This document shows, in pieces, positions 12,001-24,225 of a DNA stretch of 64,000 bases. The notes beneath the pieces were generated by a model that saw nothing but the letters and a program-made list of their open reading frames with translations, had not been told where the DNA came from and searched no databases. The first letter of the stretch is position 1. Each line of letters opens with the position of its first letter. The stretch comes from Vicugna vicugna (taxonomy: Eukaryota), in assembly GCA_013265495.1 (NCBI GenBank), contig MU057801.1:310001-374000 (forward strand). Reading direction: 5' to 3'. Both the position numbers and the translations under genes were made by a program.

Positions 12001-13368
12001 ACATTCTTTCCCGACAAAAGGCATTAGAGGGAAACAAAACTACAAATCAGTAGCTCTCATGAACATTGATGGAAAAATTCTAATAAAATTTTTAGTAAAT
12101 TGAATCAGTATATAAAAAGGATAATACATCATGACCAAGTAGGATTTATTCTGGAAATGCAAGGTTGGTTTAACATAAGAAAATCAATCAATGTAATTCA
12201 CCATTTAGAATGTTAGTTCTAAAAAAGAATACCTATATATTTATCTCATAAATGCAGGAAAGGCATTTGAAAATTTATAATCATTCCTTGTAAAAACTCC
12301 AGAAAGTTAGGAATAGAGAAGTTCTTCAGTTTGATAGAGGTTATTTTTTAAAAAACCTGTAGCTAACATAATCCTGAATGGTAAAAGACTGAAGAAGGCT
12401 TTTCCACCGAGATCAGAAACAAGACAAGTGAATGTCTGTTCTCACCATTTCCATTCAAGATTACTCTGGAGGTTCAAGCCAGTGAAAAAAGACATGAAAA
12501 GGAGTAAGAGACATCCAGACTGGAAAGGAAGAATTAAAGCTGTGTTTTATTCACAGGTAACATAACTATGGAATCTGTGAAACAGCTGTTAGAACTAATA
12601 AGTAATTTAGTAAATTGCCAAATATATACAAAATTAATATGCAGAGCTCACTTTTATCTCTATATAATAGCAATGAACAATCAGAAATGGAAATAAATAC
12701 CATTTACAAAAGTACAAATACACAAAATGTTTACATCTGACAAAAGATATTCAAGACCTCTATACCGAAAACTACGAAACATTTCTGAGAGAGATGAAAT
12801 AAGACCTAAATGAATGGAGAATTTCCCCTGCACATAGTTTCTGGGGCTCCAGATTGTCAAGATGCCAATTGGTCAATGAAATCCCAGTCAAAATTTCAGG
12901 AGGAATTTTTATAGAAATTGAAAAATTGATTTCAAAATGCATATGGAAATGGAGAGGACCCAGCACAGCCGAGACAGCTTTGGAAACAGAGCAAGACTGT
13001 AGGACTCATGCTACTGACTTCAAGTTTATTATAAGGTTCTTGTAGCTGAGACAGCGTGGTGGTGGTGTCAAGGCCAGCAAACAGATGAAAGGCACCGAGG
13101 GTCCAGGAACAGACTCGGCACGTAATCTCTGGTGACAAAGAGCAGACCTCCGGCTGCCTGTCGTTAGCAGAGTGGCACCAGGTGGCGGGAGGGCGGGCAC
13201 AGAGGAGCACAGGAGCTTTGGGGAGTGAAGTGTATGTGCATCATTTTTTGTGGTGATGTTTTTATGGGTACGTACATAAGCCAAAACTTTTCAAAGGGTA
13301 AACAGTAAACTTTAAACATATGCAGTTTACTGTGTCAATTACTCTTCAATAAAGCAGTTAAAAAAAAG
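9039..13368 (+). mobile_element. Old near-full-length L1M (L1MC/L1MD-like) with internal deletions
   Basis: L1M-type 5' end (ggttcctgcctctggcaaagatgg...). Degenerate ORF1 at ~10250-10900, EN remnant ~11350-12020, RT remnant ~12030-13140, 3' end aataaagcagttaaaaaaaa. Confidence 0.8.
9924..10246 (+). mobile_element. Internally deleted Tigger1 (TcMar-Tigger) nested in the old L1
   Basis: Both Tigger1 ends are present (…ttgtggcaaccc… and …gcggtggtcaggaactgacc…tatctccgaggtatgtctg), flanked by TA at 9922-9923 and 10247-10248. Confidence 0.8.
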
Positions 13369-13653
13369 TGCAGCTTTCAAATTACACAGAAGAGTGAGGA
13401 CAGTGGAGGGACAGCTAACATCAGCAGAGAGCCAGGAGGTGCTAAGCCTGTCTCTCTCCACCTGTCCTTATTTTATCCCCAGGACAACCTGGGGTGCTGA
13501 TCTCAGTCCCTTGGTTCAGATGGGGATGCAGAGGCTCTGTCATTCTTCCAGGCCGCAGAGCAGCGGGGTCAGGACCTGAAAGCCAGCGCTCTCAGAGCGC
13601 AGGCTCAGCCCCCGCGGGGGTTGACTCTCACGTCTTGCCTTTGTCATCTGCAG

Positions 13654-13728
13654 GGAAGAATCACTAAAGACGCTGCAGTGGAGGAGGCTTCATCACCGGT
13701 CCCGAGTGGAAACACTGGCGAAGTGGAG
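13654..13728 (+). CDS. CFAP61: CFAP61 coding exon (75 nt, phase 0-0): GRITKDAAVEEASSPVPSGNTGEVE
   Basis: Acceptor tcttgcctttgtcatctgcag; donor GAG|GTGGGG. Resembles the recalled human GNIAREAASEEALTAVQSGNVSEPE; frame-consistent with neighbours. Confidence 0.8.
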
Positions 13729-13974
13729 GTGGGGCTTGTGAGGGCTGTCTGGAGGTGGGGGGGGCAACGGCGGCCCCCACAAAGCTCACTCCTCCCCACC
13801 TGAGTCCTTGCGCCCTTGGCTCGCCAGGCCTCCCCGCCTCTCTCTCCCAGGGGAAGCCGTCTCCCCCCTCAGGGCCTCCTCCGCTAAGCCCCCTCGGAGA
13901 ACCTTCGCTGCACTGTGGCCAGCCCTTAGCCTGCGTCCCGTGCACGGCGCACTCCTAGAAGAGGCACTTTCTAC

Positions 13975-14317
13975 ATGAGTTACTTGCCCACAATGTCAGT
14001 ACATAGGGGTTTTCCCTTCTTCTCATCAGCTGGGGAGGAAACGTTCTGGCTGGCGAACATTTCTCCAGCTGTACGTAGCGAGCATTTGTGGACACACCTG
14101 TCTGCCTTATGTGTCATTCAGACGCATCTCCGGTCCCAGGCACCGCTCCCCCCTGTCGCAGACATAGACCAGGGCTGGTAGCCTTTGCCCCGGTTGCCAT
14201 CCCTGGGGCCCTTCCTCATCCCTGCCCACACCTTCCTGCGTGGCCCTTTGTCAAACCTGCTCTGTCCACGTCGGCGGGAGCGTGCCTTCTGTTCCTGCCA
14301 GAAGCCTGAGGGCTCAG
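13975..14317 (+). mobile_element. ERVL LTR remnant (LTR33/LTR41-like)
   Basis: 3' end ccctgcccacacc…ccctttgtcaaacc…gagcgtgccttctgttcctgcc resembles recalled ERVL LTR termini. Confidence 0.45.
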
Positions 14318-15924
14318 GTGGAGAAGGGCGGGGCTCCGTGGGCCCTGCTGAAAGTGTTGAGCATCTGCTAGGAAGCAGAGGAAGGCTCGGGAGGTTTTAA
14401 GCGGGAGGTTGGCACGACCAGACATCCTCGTCTCTGGTGATGAGCACATTTCTGAGCCTGCTGGCGTCCCCGAGCACCTCCAGTTGTCTGTGTGTCAGCT
14501 CGGGAAATCTAGAGAACCCTTGGCGGCGGAGTAGGGCGCAGGCGGTTGTCAGCCCCATGGCCCTGGGACCGATTCGCTGAGCGCTAACCCCAGATGTTAG
14601 GTTCTGAGAGAGGGCCAGTCTACACGGAACACAGCTGGGGATTAAAAATCTCACTTCATGCTGGTTGAGGCTGATCTGGAGGCAAAGCTCGGCCCTGTCA
14701 CACAGACCGATGTCCTCTCCCTGCCCTGAGTTAAACGGGCACCACGTCGGGAGGAGAGGAGAGCGCCTGCGACCCAGAGCAGGACGCGCTTCTGGGAAGA
14801 GCGTGCGCCAGGCGGCCACAGGATCCGCTTTCTGAGCCTCACTCTAGCACGTGCTGCGGGTCCCCCACCGCCTCCCCCCGACTGCTCACCCCTCCGCACC
14901 CCAAGGACGAGGGCTTCAGTGCCTGGTCTTCCCCCGGGGCTGCGCCCAGGGCAGGTCGCCGTCCACAGGGCGGTCAGGGACTCAGCCCCCAGCTCCTCCA
15001 CCTCTCGGGCAGGACAGCTCCCCGCACGCTCCCCGCACCTCCCCGCCGTCTAGGGGGGACTGACGAGGAGCCCGCTTGTTCAACCCGCCACGTTGGTGAC
15101 CTTCCCTTCCTCGCCTCAGTTTCCGCATGCCTCTCGCGGAGTTTCCTGGCATCACTCCCCACACAGACTTAGCTCTGAGTTTGCTTCTGGGGAAACCACA
15201 TCAGGCGCCCACCCCTCGTGTCCTGGGGAGGTGAGGGGGGCGCGCAGCAGAGGGGAGCAGCCTCTCCCCAGGATTTCTCAGAAGGAAATACTGCAGGGAC
15301 CCAGACGAGGCTGTGGAGCGGGGACGGGTGGTCCACCCTAGGTTAGATGTGCTGGAACCCCAGAGGGAACCCGGGTCAGCCTCTCACGTTTACCTCCTCT
15401 CCCTCCTGGGGGAAGAAAATCCCACTGAAATCACGACAGTAAGGGAATAAGAAAGACGCAAATCCACAAGACAGCAAGGCTGGGAGAGGCAATGCTGGAA
15501 GATGAGCACCGTAACAGTGTTTAGAATGAAGGAGCTCGATGGCGGCATTTGCTCTGGCTTAGCACCGCTGGGAGAGGGGGAGGCAGGGTGTGGTTATGAG
15601 GGAGCGGCTTCTCCGGGGACCTCGGGCTCCTGCGGAAGGCGGGGAAGGACTGGGCTGAGCCCAGGGCTGTGTGTGACAGTCTGCCGACTGTGTTGGGGAC
15701 ACGCGATTCCCTGTGGGGGCACTTAGCTTGTCTGCTCCTCCCCAAATGAAACGACCAGATGATGGTTCTCTAGAGGGATGGACCAGAACCAGCTCCTCGT
15801 CCGGGTCCCGCCTGCAAGGCAAGAGGCTGCGTGACGGGGAAAGACAAAGAAGTTGACTTCTCCTTTTCAGAGGGAGGGCCCCTGCACTCTCCGCCGGCTG
15901 TGTTCTCCTGGCAGAAGCCAGGCC

Positions 15925-16395
15925 TCTGGGCTTGTTTTTAATCACTGCTGTAACAAATTGCTACAATTTAATGGCTTAAAGCAACATAAATGTATTATCC
16001 TGCAGTTCTGCAGGTCAGAAGCCCCAAACAGGTCTTACTGTGCCAAGATCCAGGTGCAGAGAGGGTCCTATTCCTTCTGGAGCCTCTGGGGGAGAGTCCA
16101 GTTCTTGCCTTTGCCAGCTCCAGAAGACACCTGCTCTCCTCGGCATGTGGCCCCTTCCTCCATCTCCAGAGCTGGTAGCATCTTCCAGTCTCTCTGACTC
16201 AGACCCTCCTCCCTCCCTCTTGTAAGGACACTTCTGGTTTCATCTCCCCCATCCTCAGATCATCTGAGATAATGTCCCTGCCTCAATAGCCTTCCTTAAT
16301 GACGTCTGCAAAATCCCCTTTGTCCTATAAAGTGCATCCCCAGGTCCTGGGGCCTAGGCCATGTGTGTTTTGGGGGCCATTGGTCAGTGCCTGAT
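15925..16395 (-). mobile_element. MaLR solo LTR (MLT1-like)
   Basis: ctgctgtaacaaattg…ggcttaaagcaacataaatgtattatc…cagttctg…tctgcaaaatccc. Confidence 0.8.
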
Positions 16396-17636
16396 CAGGT
16401 GCCCCATCTCAGCAGTAGCTGTTGAGTTTTGCCGCCCACTAGGCAGTGCTGATTTTAGGAAGCTTGAAATATGCTCCATAGATAACAAGGCGGGAACCAT
16501 GAACGGAGGAGACAAGGAGAAGACCTGGAGCTTGAGAAACGAGGGCAGGTGCTGCCCCAGGCAGGAAGCGCCGGGCTGGGTCAGAGGAGGGGAGAGGGGA
16601 CTTGGGGTCAGATGGAGCCTGCTTGTTTGGCAAAGGATGTGGACAAACTCTTGGCAGCTCCGATAACGCACAGGGAAAAAAATCAGGGAAGCAAGCGTGC
16701 CAGAACCGAGTCCACAAACGAGAACGTGGTCGTAGCTCACTCCCCTACGGTGACACCTGCGTATTTGTAATAACATAAATAGTTACTGATTTGGACCTGA
16801 ATTGCGCTGTAATTACAGGGACGGCCGGGGGACAGGATACTGGGCAGGGGCGTGGAAGAGCGTCCCATCTGCCCACCACGTTGGTGTCCAGGAGGGGGTT
16901 TCAAAACTGAGGAATTAAGACATCGCAGCATAAGAACAGATTCAGACACACAGAGGTAGACGCCTACAGAAATGGAGAAGTTGGAAGAGCTGGCCAGTGG
17001 GGGACGAGGGGCCCCTAGTTTTCTTTGTACGTCTGTAGAGCTTATATTGTAATTTTGACTGTCTGCACGCATTACTTCGATTTCAGAGAACTTGGAGAGG
17101 GACCTCGGAGTGAGTCATTCCCTCTCGCTGAGCTGTATTCTCACCTCCTTAGATGGTCCTAAATGGGACTGGAAGGACTCAGCTCTGACTTTGTGCGTGA
17201 CTATGGGCAGGGGGGCCTCCCCGGGGCTCCGCCTCACCAGCAAACCGCCTGAATAGTCCCCAGATCCAAAGATGCTTGTAGCACAACGTCACAAGGAAAC
17301 CCCTTTTGGGGACGGAGATATTTCGCTTATGGAATTAATAAGTGTGTGATAGTACCAGGCTCGAACCCCCACCCAGTGATGCAGTTAAAATACCGGTCCC
17401 GTATCAAAGGCCAACTGAAACCATTTATTTTCTGACCTTTGTGTGAGAACTTGTTTCAGTCCTTACAAACGCTGATTATCTCATTAAGAACGTGCCCTTG
17501 GGACCGCGCCGGGCTCAGTTCGGCGTTTCAGGTGAGGTGGTGCCACCTGTCCCGGGAAGTGCAACGTGGAGACACAGCAGCCGCTGGCCCGTAAGCTGCG
17601 GAAAGTGAACAGGTTCCCGCTCTCTCCTTGCTCTAG

Positions 17637-17815
17637 GACACAGGAAAGCTCAGCCAGGAGCACAGCGCAGATGACGTGGGTTACTCGGTCAGCACCGCGA
17701 GCTCAGCATCCGTGTCTCTGCCCGAGGAGACCGGCTCCTTCCGCCCCACCTACAGGGGAGCCTCGGCCGCCTTCCGTATCCAGCTCTTCTGTATCGACGA
17801 GAAGTACGAGGCGAG
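17637..17815 (+). CDS. CFAP61: CFAP61 coding exon (179 nt): DTGKLSQEHSADDVGYSVSTASSASVSLPEETGSFRPTYRGASAAFRIQLFCIDEKYEA(R); GC donor
   Basis: Acceptor ctctctccttgctctag. The motif YRGASAAFxIQLFCIDEKYEAR is recognisable CFAP61. Frame into the next exon requires the donor AG|GCGAGT at 17816. Confidence 0.92.
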
Positions 17816-18260
17816 GCGAGTACCGGCCCCGGCGTGCCTGCCACGTGAGACCGCCTGTGGCGTGACTCTCGCAGAGCTGGTGGTCCCAAGCCTGCCCCCC
17901 TCCCATATCTGGGGAGTTTTTTTTAAACCACAGATTCCTGGACCCCATTCCCAGGGATTGCAGTCCACGAAGTCTGGGTCAGGCCCACAGGACCGGGCTG
18001 TCCGGGTCCAGAAGGCCATCCCCTGTTCGCCCTGTTCTCCCGAGCTTGCCTTTGGAGGGGACTTTGGGCTTAGGGTGCTGCTTGTCTGGAGTCTTTTAGT
18101 TGCAAGTAGTAGAAACTCCAGCTGAATCTGGCTTTGGAAAAGTGGAACAATTGTCTCAAGTAACAAAGGGAACTCCAGCGGTAGGGCTGGTGTTCGTTGT
18201 GGCGTGGGTCAGGATTTGGAGAACCCCATCGCGGACCAGGTGTCTCTCTCTTAGCCTCCG

Positions 18261-18299
18261 GTTACCCTCCTAGTTACCCTCCTAGTTACCCTCCTAGTT
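18261..18299 (+). repeat. 12-bp tandem repeat (GTTACCCTCCTA)3
   Basis: Read directly from the sequence. Confidence 0.95.
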
Positions 18300-19423
18300 C
18301 CTTCTGCCGGCCCGCCCTCAGAGGGGTGTCTCTGCCCGGGGCCAAGAGAGCGGACAGTGGGCTCGGGCCCTGCACCTGATCTGGACAGGAGGGCGTCTGA
18401 CTTGGGCCCAGCTGTCCAGCCAAAGCCTTCTTGGGACAAGATGGGCTGTGTGCTCACCCCTGAGCTGGTGGCTGGGCCGGGCCAGGCCACCATGAAGGCT
18501 TAGTCCCCTGTCTCCTGCTCCCCACAGAATCGGGGCTGGCATCCCCCCCGGAGGTCATCTGAGAGGGGGTGAACACCCCATGTTCAGCGCTCACTGCCCC
18601 CTGTCGTCTGGGCTTGGACCCCTGCCCTCGAAGCGTGGAGTCCACAGCCCCTTTGGGATGCCCCCTTACCCTGCCATCCTGTCCACAGAACAGTGGTGAC
18701 CAGGAAAGGAGCGGCCCGTTTTGATAGACCAGAAGCTTCTGGAGTGTCTGTTAGATGCCCCAGAGCACTGCTGGACGCTCCCGTTTTAGCGGAGAAATCA
18801 CATCCCCTGGCTCCTCGCCTGCCTTGGAACCACGCTTCACCTGCATTTCCTCCCTCTTGAGTTTCCAGTTTCTTCAGAATTGAAATTCAACGGAAAGGTT
18901 GAGAAGGGAAATCTTTTTATTCTAACGACACTGTAGATACCTAAAAAGCCCGTGAACCCTTCCTTCCAGACTCGTTGCGTATGTTTATTTTCCCGAGCTT
19001 TCTTACTTTCAAACAAAAATTCAACGACCCATTCTGGTTCATCTGTGGATATGCATCTGCAGCTGCTCAAAAGTCCTTTGCAGATAAAAGAGGAAAAGCC
19101 CAGAGCGGCTTATGATGTGCCCGTATTTCTCCCCAGTTCTTCCGGAAAGGAAAGGAAGGATCACGTCCACTGAATGACTCTCCTGCTTTTCGGAGGTGTA
19201 GGGATTATTAATTGCTTTAATAGTACCTTCGGTTTTAGAAAAAATACTTTATTGCTGACACGTGAAGCCAGTGCCTTCTGCGACCGGCTCACGTTCAGCT
19301 GGACGCAGACTGGCGGCGGCCGGCTGATCCCCGCCCTGGCGGGAGAGCCGCCGGCCCGTTACACGTGCTCTGGGGCTGCCTCTGCTCGCAGGACAGTGAC
19401 CGTTCTTATTGTCTTGTTTACAG

Positions 19424-19463
19424 GTCCCTGGACTTCATGAATTTTGTTTTCGGTCTTTTTCCT
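19424..19463 (+). CDS. CFAP61: CFAP61 coding exon (40 nt): (R)SLDFMNFVFGLFP
   Basis: Acceptor gtcttgtttacag; donor CCT|GTAAGT; matches recalled SLDFMNFVFSLFS. Confidence 0.92.
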
Positions 19464-20999
19464 GTAAGTACACGCTGACTTTTGAGTGATATAATTGGTT
19501 TTATAAGCTAGAAAAGTCATAGGAAAGTAAAAGGCCATATTCACCGTCCAAACATTTCGTATGCTGTGAATGTTGAGGTTTGAACCGCATCTCTGTTCTG
19601 AAAAAAAGGCTGAATGACATGTCATGAACTCTTAGATGTGGAAGATACTGTCACTTTTCATAGCTTTTCCGTCGTGCTGTTTTAATAGCTTTCTTTCAGC
19701 GCGTAGCTTCCTTCAGAGGTTGCTTTACCAGTGTTGTCTTGGAATCAAAGCATTAACAGAAAGCTGGGGGCAGGGGTCGGGAGCTGCCCTCAGCTGGATC
19801 CGGCCGCGGTGGTGCTTTCTAGCTGGCGCTGGCTCACAGAATTTGGACGTCACCAGACTGCCTTTCTGAGGCAGGAAGGTGGGAACTTGTGGCTGGTCTC
19901 CCTGCTGGCCCTGCTGGGCGCCGGGTCTGAGAGGATGCATGGGGTGGGGGGCTCCACCCACCACCCAAGGGGCGGTGAACGGCCCCAGGCACGCGTCCAA
20001 GTGCAAACAGGACTGTCCGTCTCACGGAGTCCCGGCCTCCTCCTCATTTGTTTCATGGTTGTCAAAGGATAGAGATTCCGGCCAACCTCTCATCACTTTA
20101 TTGCAGAGAAGAAAGTAGGGGAGCAAGCCAGTTGAGAACAGAATGGATTTTTCTCATGACTCCCTCTGTGGCCAGCCTGTCAGTGAGGTCAGGCCAACAC
20201 TGCGCTTCTTGGCTAATTGCAGGCAAAATACCTATTTCTTTTTCCTTGATGCTCTTTCAACTGAGGCAAAAACCAAGTATGGTTTAACTGTGTTGCCTGA
20301 AAGCTGTGTGAGCCTAGCTCACATTTCCTCATTTTGTTAAGACAGTGAAGCCTTGCAATAATGTTTTCCGTTGTTATTTTTTTTAATTAATTGTAAGGCA
20401 TCTCGAAGCTTGTAAAGCTCTGTAGGTGACCTGAGGGGGGATTTGCAAAGCCGGCTTCCCTCAGAGAGGCCCGCATATAAATTCACCAAGTTTAATTCAT
20501 TCCTACTTTAAAGTCCCCATAAAAGCAGCTTTTCAAACTTGTAAAACCAGTGCTGGCTTTAAGAGGGTAAGAGACATGTTTCCTTTTTAGTTCTCTGTTG
20601 TTTCAGGATACAGGGAGACAGGAACCAAATGCTTCATTACTTCAACCTTAATCCTTCCTGTCCGAGTCGAAGCAACTCATTACAGACTCCTCCTCCCGCA
20701 GGAAGCTCCCTGGGACTTGGCACCCTGTCCTTTTATTTTCAGCTTGAGTATTTCAGCAACTTGACTCGAAGTCTCCTCAGAAGGAGCTGTGTTATTTTGC
20801 TAGAAAGAAGGAAGATGAGGTCAAACAATGCTTTACTCCCTTGGGTCGCGCACGTGTCCCCAGGGTTTTGGATGAGCACGGGCAATGCCTTCACAGGGTT
20901 CAGGGGGAGGTGAGATCCCACAGGGACAAATTAGCTCTGGGAAGAGCAGGCTGCCCCTGCAGGCACCTGGCAGGGGGGCAGGGGGGACGTGCGGAGCAT

Positions 21000-21490
21000 A
21001 GCACTGTCCCATAGACAACAAATTCCAGGTGTTCCAGCAGCTACGATTAAAAAAAAAAGTAAAAAGACACAGGTGAAGTCAGTTTTAGTAATATATTTTA
21101 TTTACTGCAATAGGTCCAAAAGGTTTAATCATTTCAGCATGCAATCAACGTGAAACATTATTGAGATATTTTACTTCCCTTCTCTGAGTTTTTAAAATCC
21201 AGTGTGCATTTTACACTTCCGGAACATCTCAGGACAAGAACTACAGGTCAGGAATTCTTAATCTGCGTTTAGACTTTGTAAAATTTGCCACTGAATGAGC
21301 AGATTCATAGACCCAAGTTGTTCCAAACACACAGAAACCTTTTCCAGTCACTGCACTGAGTGTTTATTTTTAAATTTACAAAGTTAAAAAGAAGTGAAAT
21401 AAAGAATTTGGTTCCCCAGTCGCACTAGCCATGCTGCAGGTGCTCGGTGGCCAGACGTGACTCCTGGCCACCCCATCGGGCAGTGCAGAC
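21000..21490. mobile_element. hAT-Charlie MITE (MER33/MER3/Charlie5-like)
   Basis: aaaaagacacaggtgaagtcagttttagtaatatattttattt…cgcactagccatgctgcaggtgctc…gggcagtgcag. Confidence 0.7.
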
Positions 21491-22045
21491 TTAGGGGGTC
21501 AGGACACGCATGTCCTCCTGAGTCTGCTAACCAAACCCACCGCCCAGGTTAGACAGGCTCTTAGATCTCTTCACCCACGTGGTCGTGAAAAAACACGCAG
21601 ACGCCCTTCCATGGGCAAGCGCAGGGTTTCAGAGCGGAAAAGGCCTGGAGCACTGCCCTCTCATCCCGCTGAGGAGGGGGCCACGGCTGGGGCAGCATCG
21701 CTCAGCGAACCCAAGGCCTTGCACGCTGTGCTGCTGCTCTCCTGGACACGGGTGGGTTTACAAGCAAACGTTTTAAAGTCTGCTTAGGTTAAAAATCTGC
21801 TTCCACCGAAGAGCTGTGCCAGAGGGGCCAGCTGTTGACAGGTGTCATCGGTCCAGGTTTCAGTCAGACATGCAGGTATTGTCCCCACACTCCTGCTGTC
21901 CCCCTGAATTTTACAATTACTTTCCAAGTTACAGGAATCTGTCGCTTGAATACCCTCTCCTTTACGCAGTTTATGCCTGTTTTCTTCTGTGTTTGGAGCA
22001 GGAGTTTGTTTAGTGATGGATGGTTTCTGGCCTCCCATCACGCAG

Positions 22046-22185
22046 GACAAGAACTTCTGTGTCATCTCCCTGCCGCACCTCACCCCCGAGTTTGTCCTCA
22101 TCCAGAACTTCGTGAAGGCGGTCCCCTTCAGCACCTGCACCCTGGAGCAGGACCTCTACATCTTCCACCGGGCCGGATTGCTCAA
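22046..22185 (+). CDS. CFAP61: CFAP61 coding exon (140 nt): DKNFCVISLPHLTPEFVLIQNFVKAVPFSTCTLEQDLYIFHRAGLL(K)
   Basis: CAG acceptor at 22043-22045; donor AA|GTAAGT. The peptide is in ORF 21989..22189 and is strongly CFAP61-like. Confidence 0.95.
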
Positions 22186-23854
22186 GTAAGTGGGCACACG
22201 TTTGCCCAAACAGTCCATGAAGTTAAAAAAAGGGAATGCAACAGGAGCTCCCGACCATCTCAATTTAATGATTTATTTTAAAAAACTGTCTTGGGGCGGA
22301 GGGCTTGATCAGCTGATTAGGACCAGTACATTTAGGGGAAGAGTCATGGTGACAGGTTACTTGTCCAGTCAGATAACAAAGCAAAATCTGACTCCACGGT
22401 AAGCAGAGCAGTGCCTGTTGCTGTGTTTCCATGGGTGGACCAGGTAACGCGGGAACGAGGCTCACCGCAGACCCCAGCAGAGTCAGGACTGAGTGTGTGT
22501 GTGTGCGTGTGTGGGTGCGCACGCACAGGTACGGACGGACAGACGTCGGTGACGACATTCGTGGGCAGAGGCAGGACTGTTCTGTAAGTGGTGGGACAAA
22601 GTGAAGACAGAAATGTTCTTCATATCCTTCAGTAAAATAGACTCCCGGGTGACGAGGGAGTTAGAAGTGAATATTGAAAATGTTAAAAATTAGACACTGT
22701 ATCTGCAGTGATAGGTTCCGTGCCAGGTTCTGAGAACACAACAGTAAACAACACACAGACGTGTCCCCGGCCTTTCAAAGCTCATAAACACTCAGAAATG
22801 GAAGCCTGCAGCAGTGATGGGGGTTCCAGCAAGGGGCACGTGGTGCTGTGGGTGGGCTTCACCGGAAGATTCAGCCCAGTCAGAGGGAGCTTTCCTGAGG
22901 AAGATGTTGGGTTTCAGACAAGAAGTGTGAGTGAAGATCGATCTTTACTATGTCTCAGGATGGGGAAAGCCTTTTTAGAACATGGAATTAAAAAGTTAAG
23001 ATTTTTTAAAACTTTATGAGCCATTCCTCAGAACCATTCTAATTTAATTCAAATGCAATTGACTAACGGAAGGATATTTTTAAACAAATAAAGCAGACAG
23101 AAGTTTAGTATATTTAATATATAAAGAGCTTTAATAAATCAACAAGACTGTTTGATATCAAATAGAAAAATTAGCCCTTCAAAATGGCCAGACTGTTTGC
23201 CGGAAGAATAAACACATACACACAAAATCAAAGGATATTAACACCAAACAAAAAACAAACAAGCAAAAAAACCCAATGGATAGTAAAAAAATCTTCAAAG
23301 TTATCACTCATTAGGGAAAAGAAACCAAAGCAAGAATATGATACCATTTTTGGTCAATTGGCAAGAATTAGAACACGGAAATACCCAATTCTAATGAGAA
23401 AAATGTAGCTCTTGTCAGAATGTGACATAAAATCCCAAAGGGCAGTTTGCCCAGAATGCTAAACTAGTTTATATCCTTTAACTCTTTAATTCCACTCCTG
23501 GCCACTTGCTGCAGAGATGCAAACAAAAATTTACGTACGAGGATTAAGGAACACTGGAAATACTCTGAACGTCCAGTAGTAAGAGAGTATTTAAATACTT
23601 TGTGGTACCTGTATGAAGGAATCTGTGTTTACAATTCATTTAAAGAATCTTTTTTTGTTCTATATATATTTTTTAATTGAAGTATCATTAGTTTACATTT
23701 AAAGAACATCTAATGATTGGAAAATGCTCAGAATGTAATGTTAGGGTCAAAAATCTATCCGTCTATAAAACAGCATTTAAATATGACCAGAATTTCTAAA
23801 GGAGGAAAAAGACGTGGATAAAATAAACTAAAAGGAGCCATGCAGATAGTGGAT

Positions 23855-24225
23855 GCTGTGATGTCCAGGCCCCTCATCCAGGACTGAAGAATGCATTTCC
23901 CAACTGCGGGTTGTGCGGAGCCCACAGCTCAAAGCTGGGTCCCCCCAAGACCCTGCCCTTGACTGAAGGTAGGGGCTTTCCCCGAGGGCCGCCCTCCCAG
24001 GGCAGCCTGCATCCGGTGACCAGTTGGTGTGGGGGAGGGGAGGGGTAACAGCACACAGGGCCAGCATCTCTGCTTCCGAGGGGCACCCCTGAAGGGTCTT
24101 CCCAGGGCAGGACCCCCGAAGTGTCCGCTGGGCATTTGTTGTGACCCCCTTGCTTGCAGCCCTCCTGCCCCCTCTGCCCTGTCCTGCTCTGCCGCTCCGC
24201 ACAGGTGTGTGACACCAGAGGTGGC
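23855..24225. mobile_element. ERVL LTR16-like remnant
   Basis: cccctcatccaggactgaag…cacagctc…gcagcctgcatccggtgacc… motifs resemble LTR16. Confidence 0.5.

Noticed and set aside
18261..18299. Short direct repeats as a CRISPR-like array
   Set aside because: Head-to-tail 12-mers with no spacers in mammalian DNA; a simple tandem repeat.
19381..19423. Upstream cryptic acceptor (ctcgcag at 19391)
   Set aside because: It would add 32 nt and shift the frame; the acceptor at 19423 has the better pyrimidine tract.
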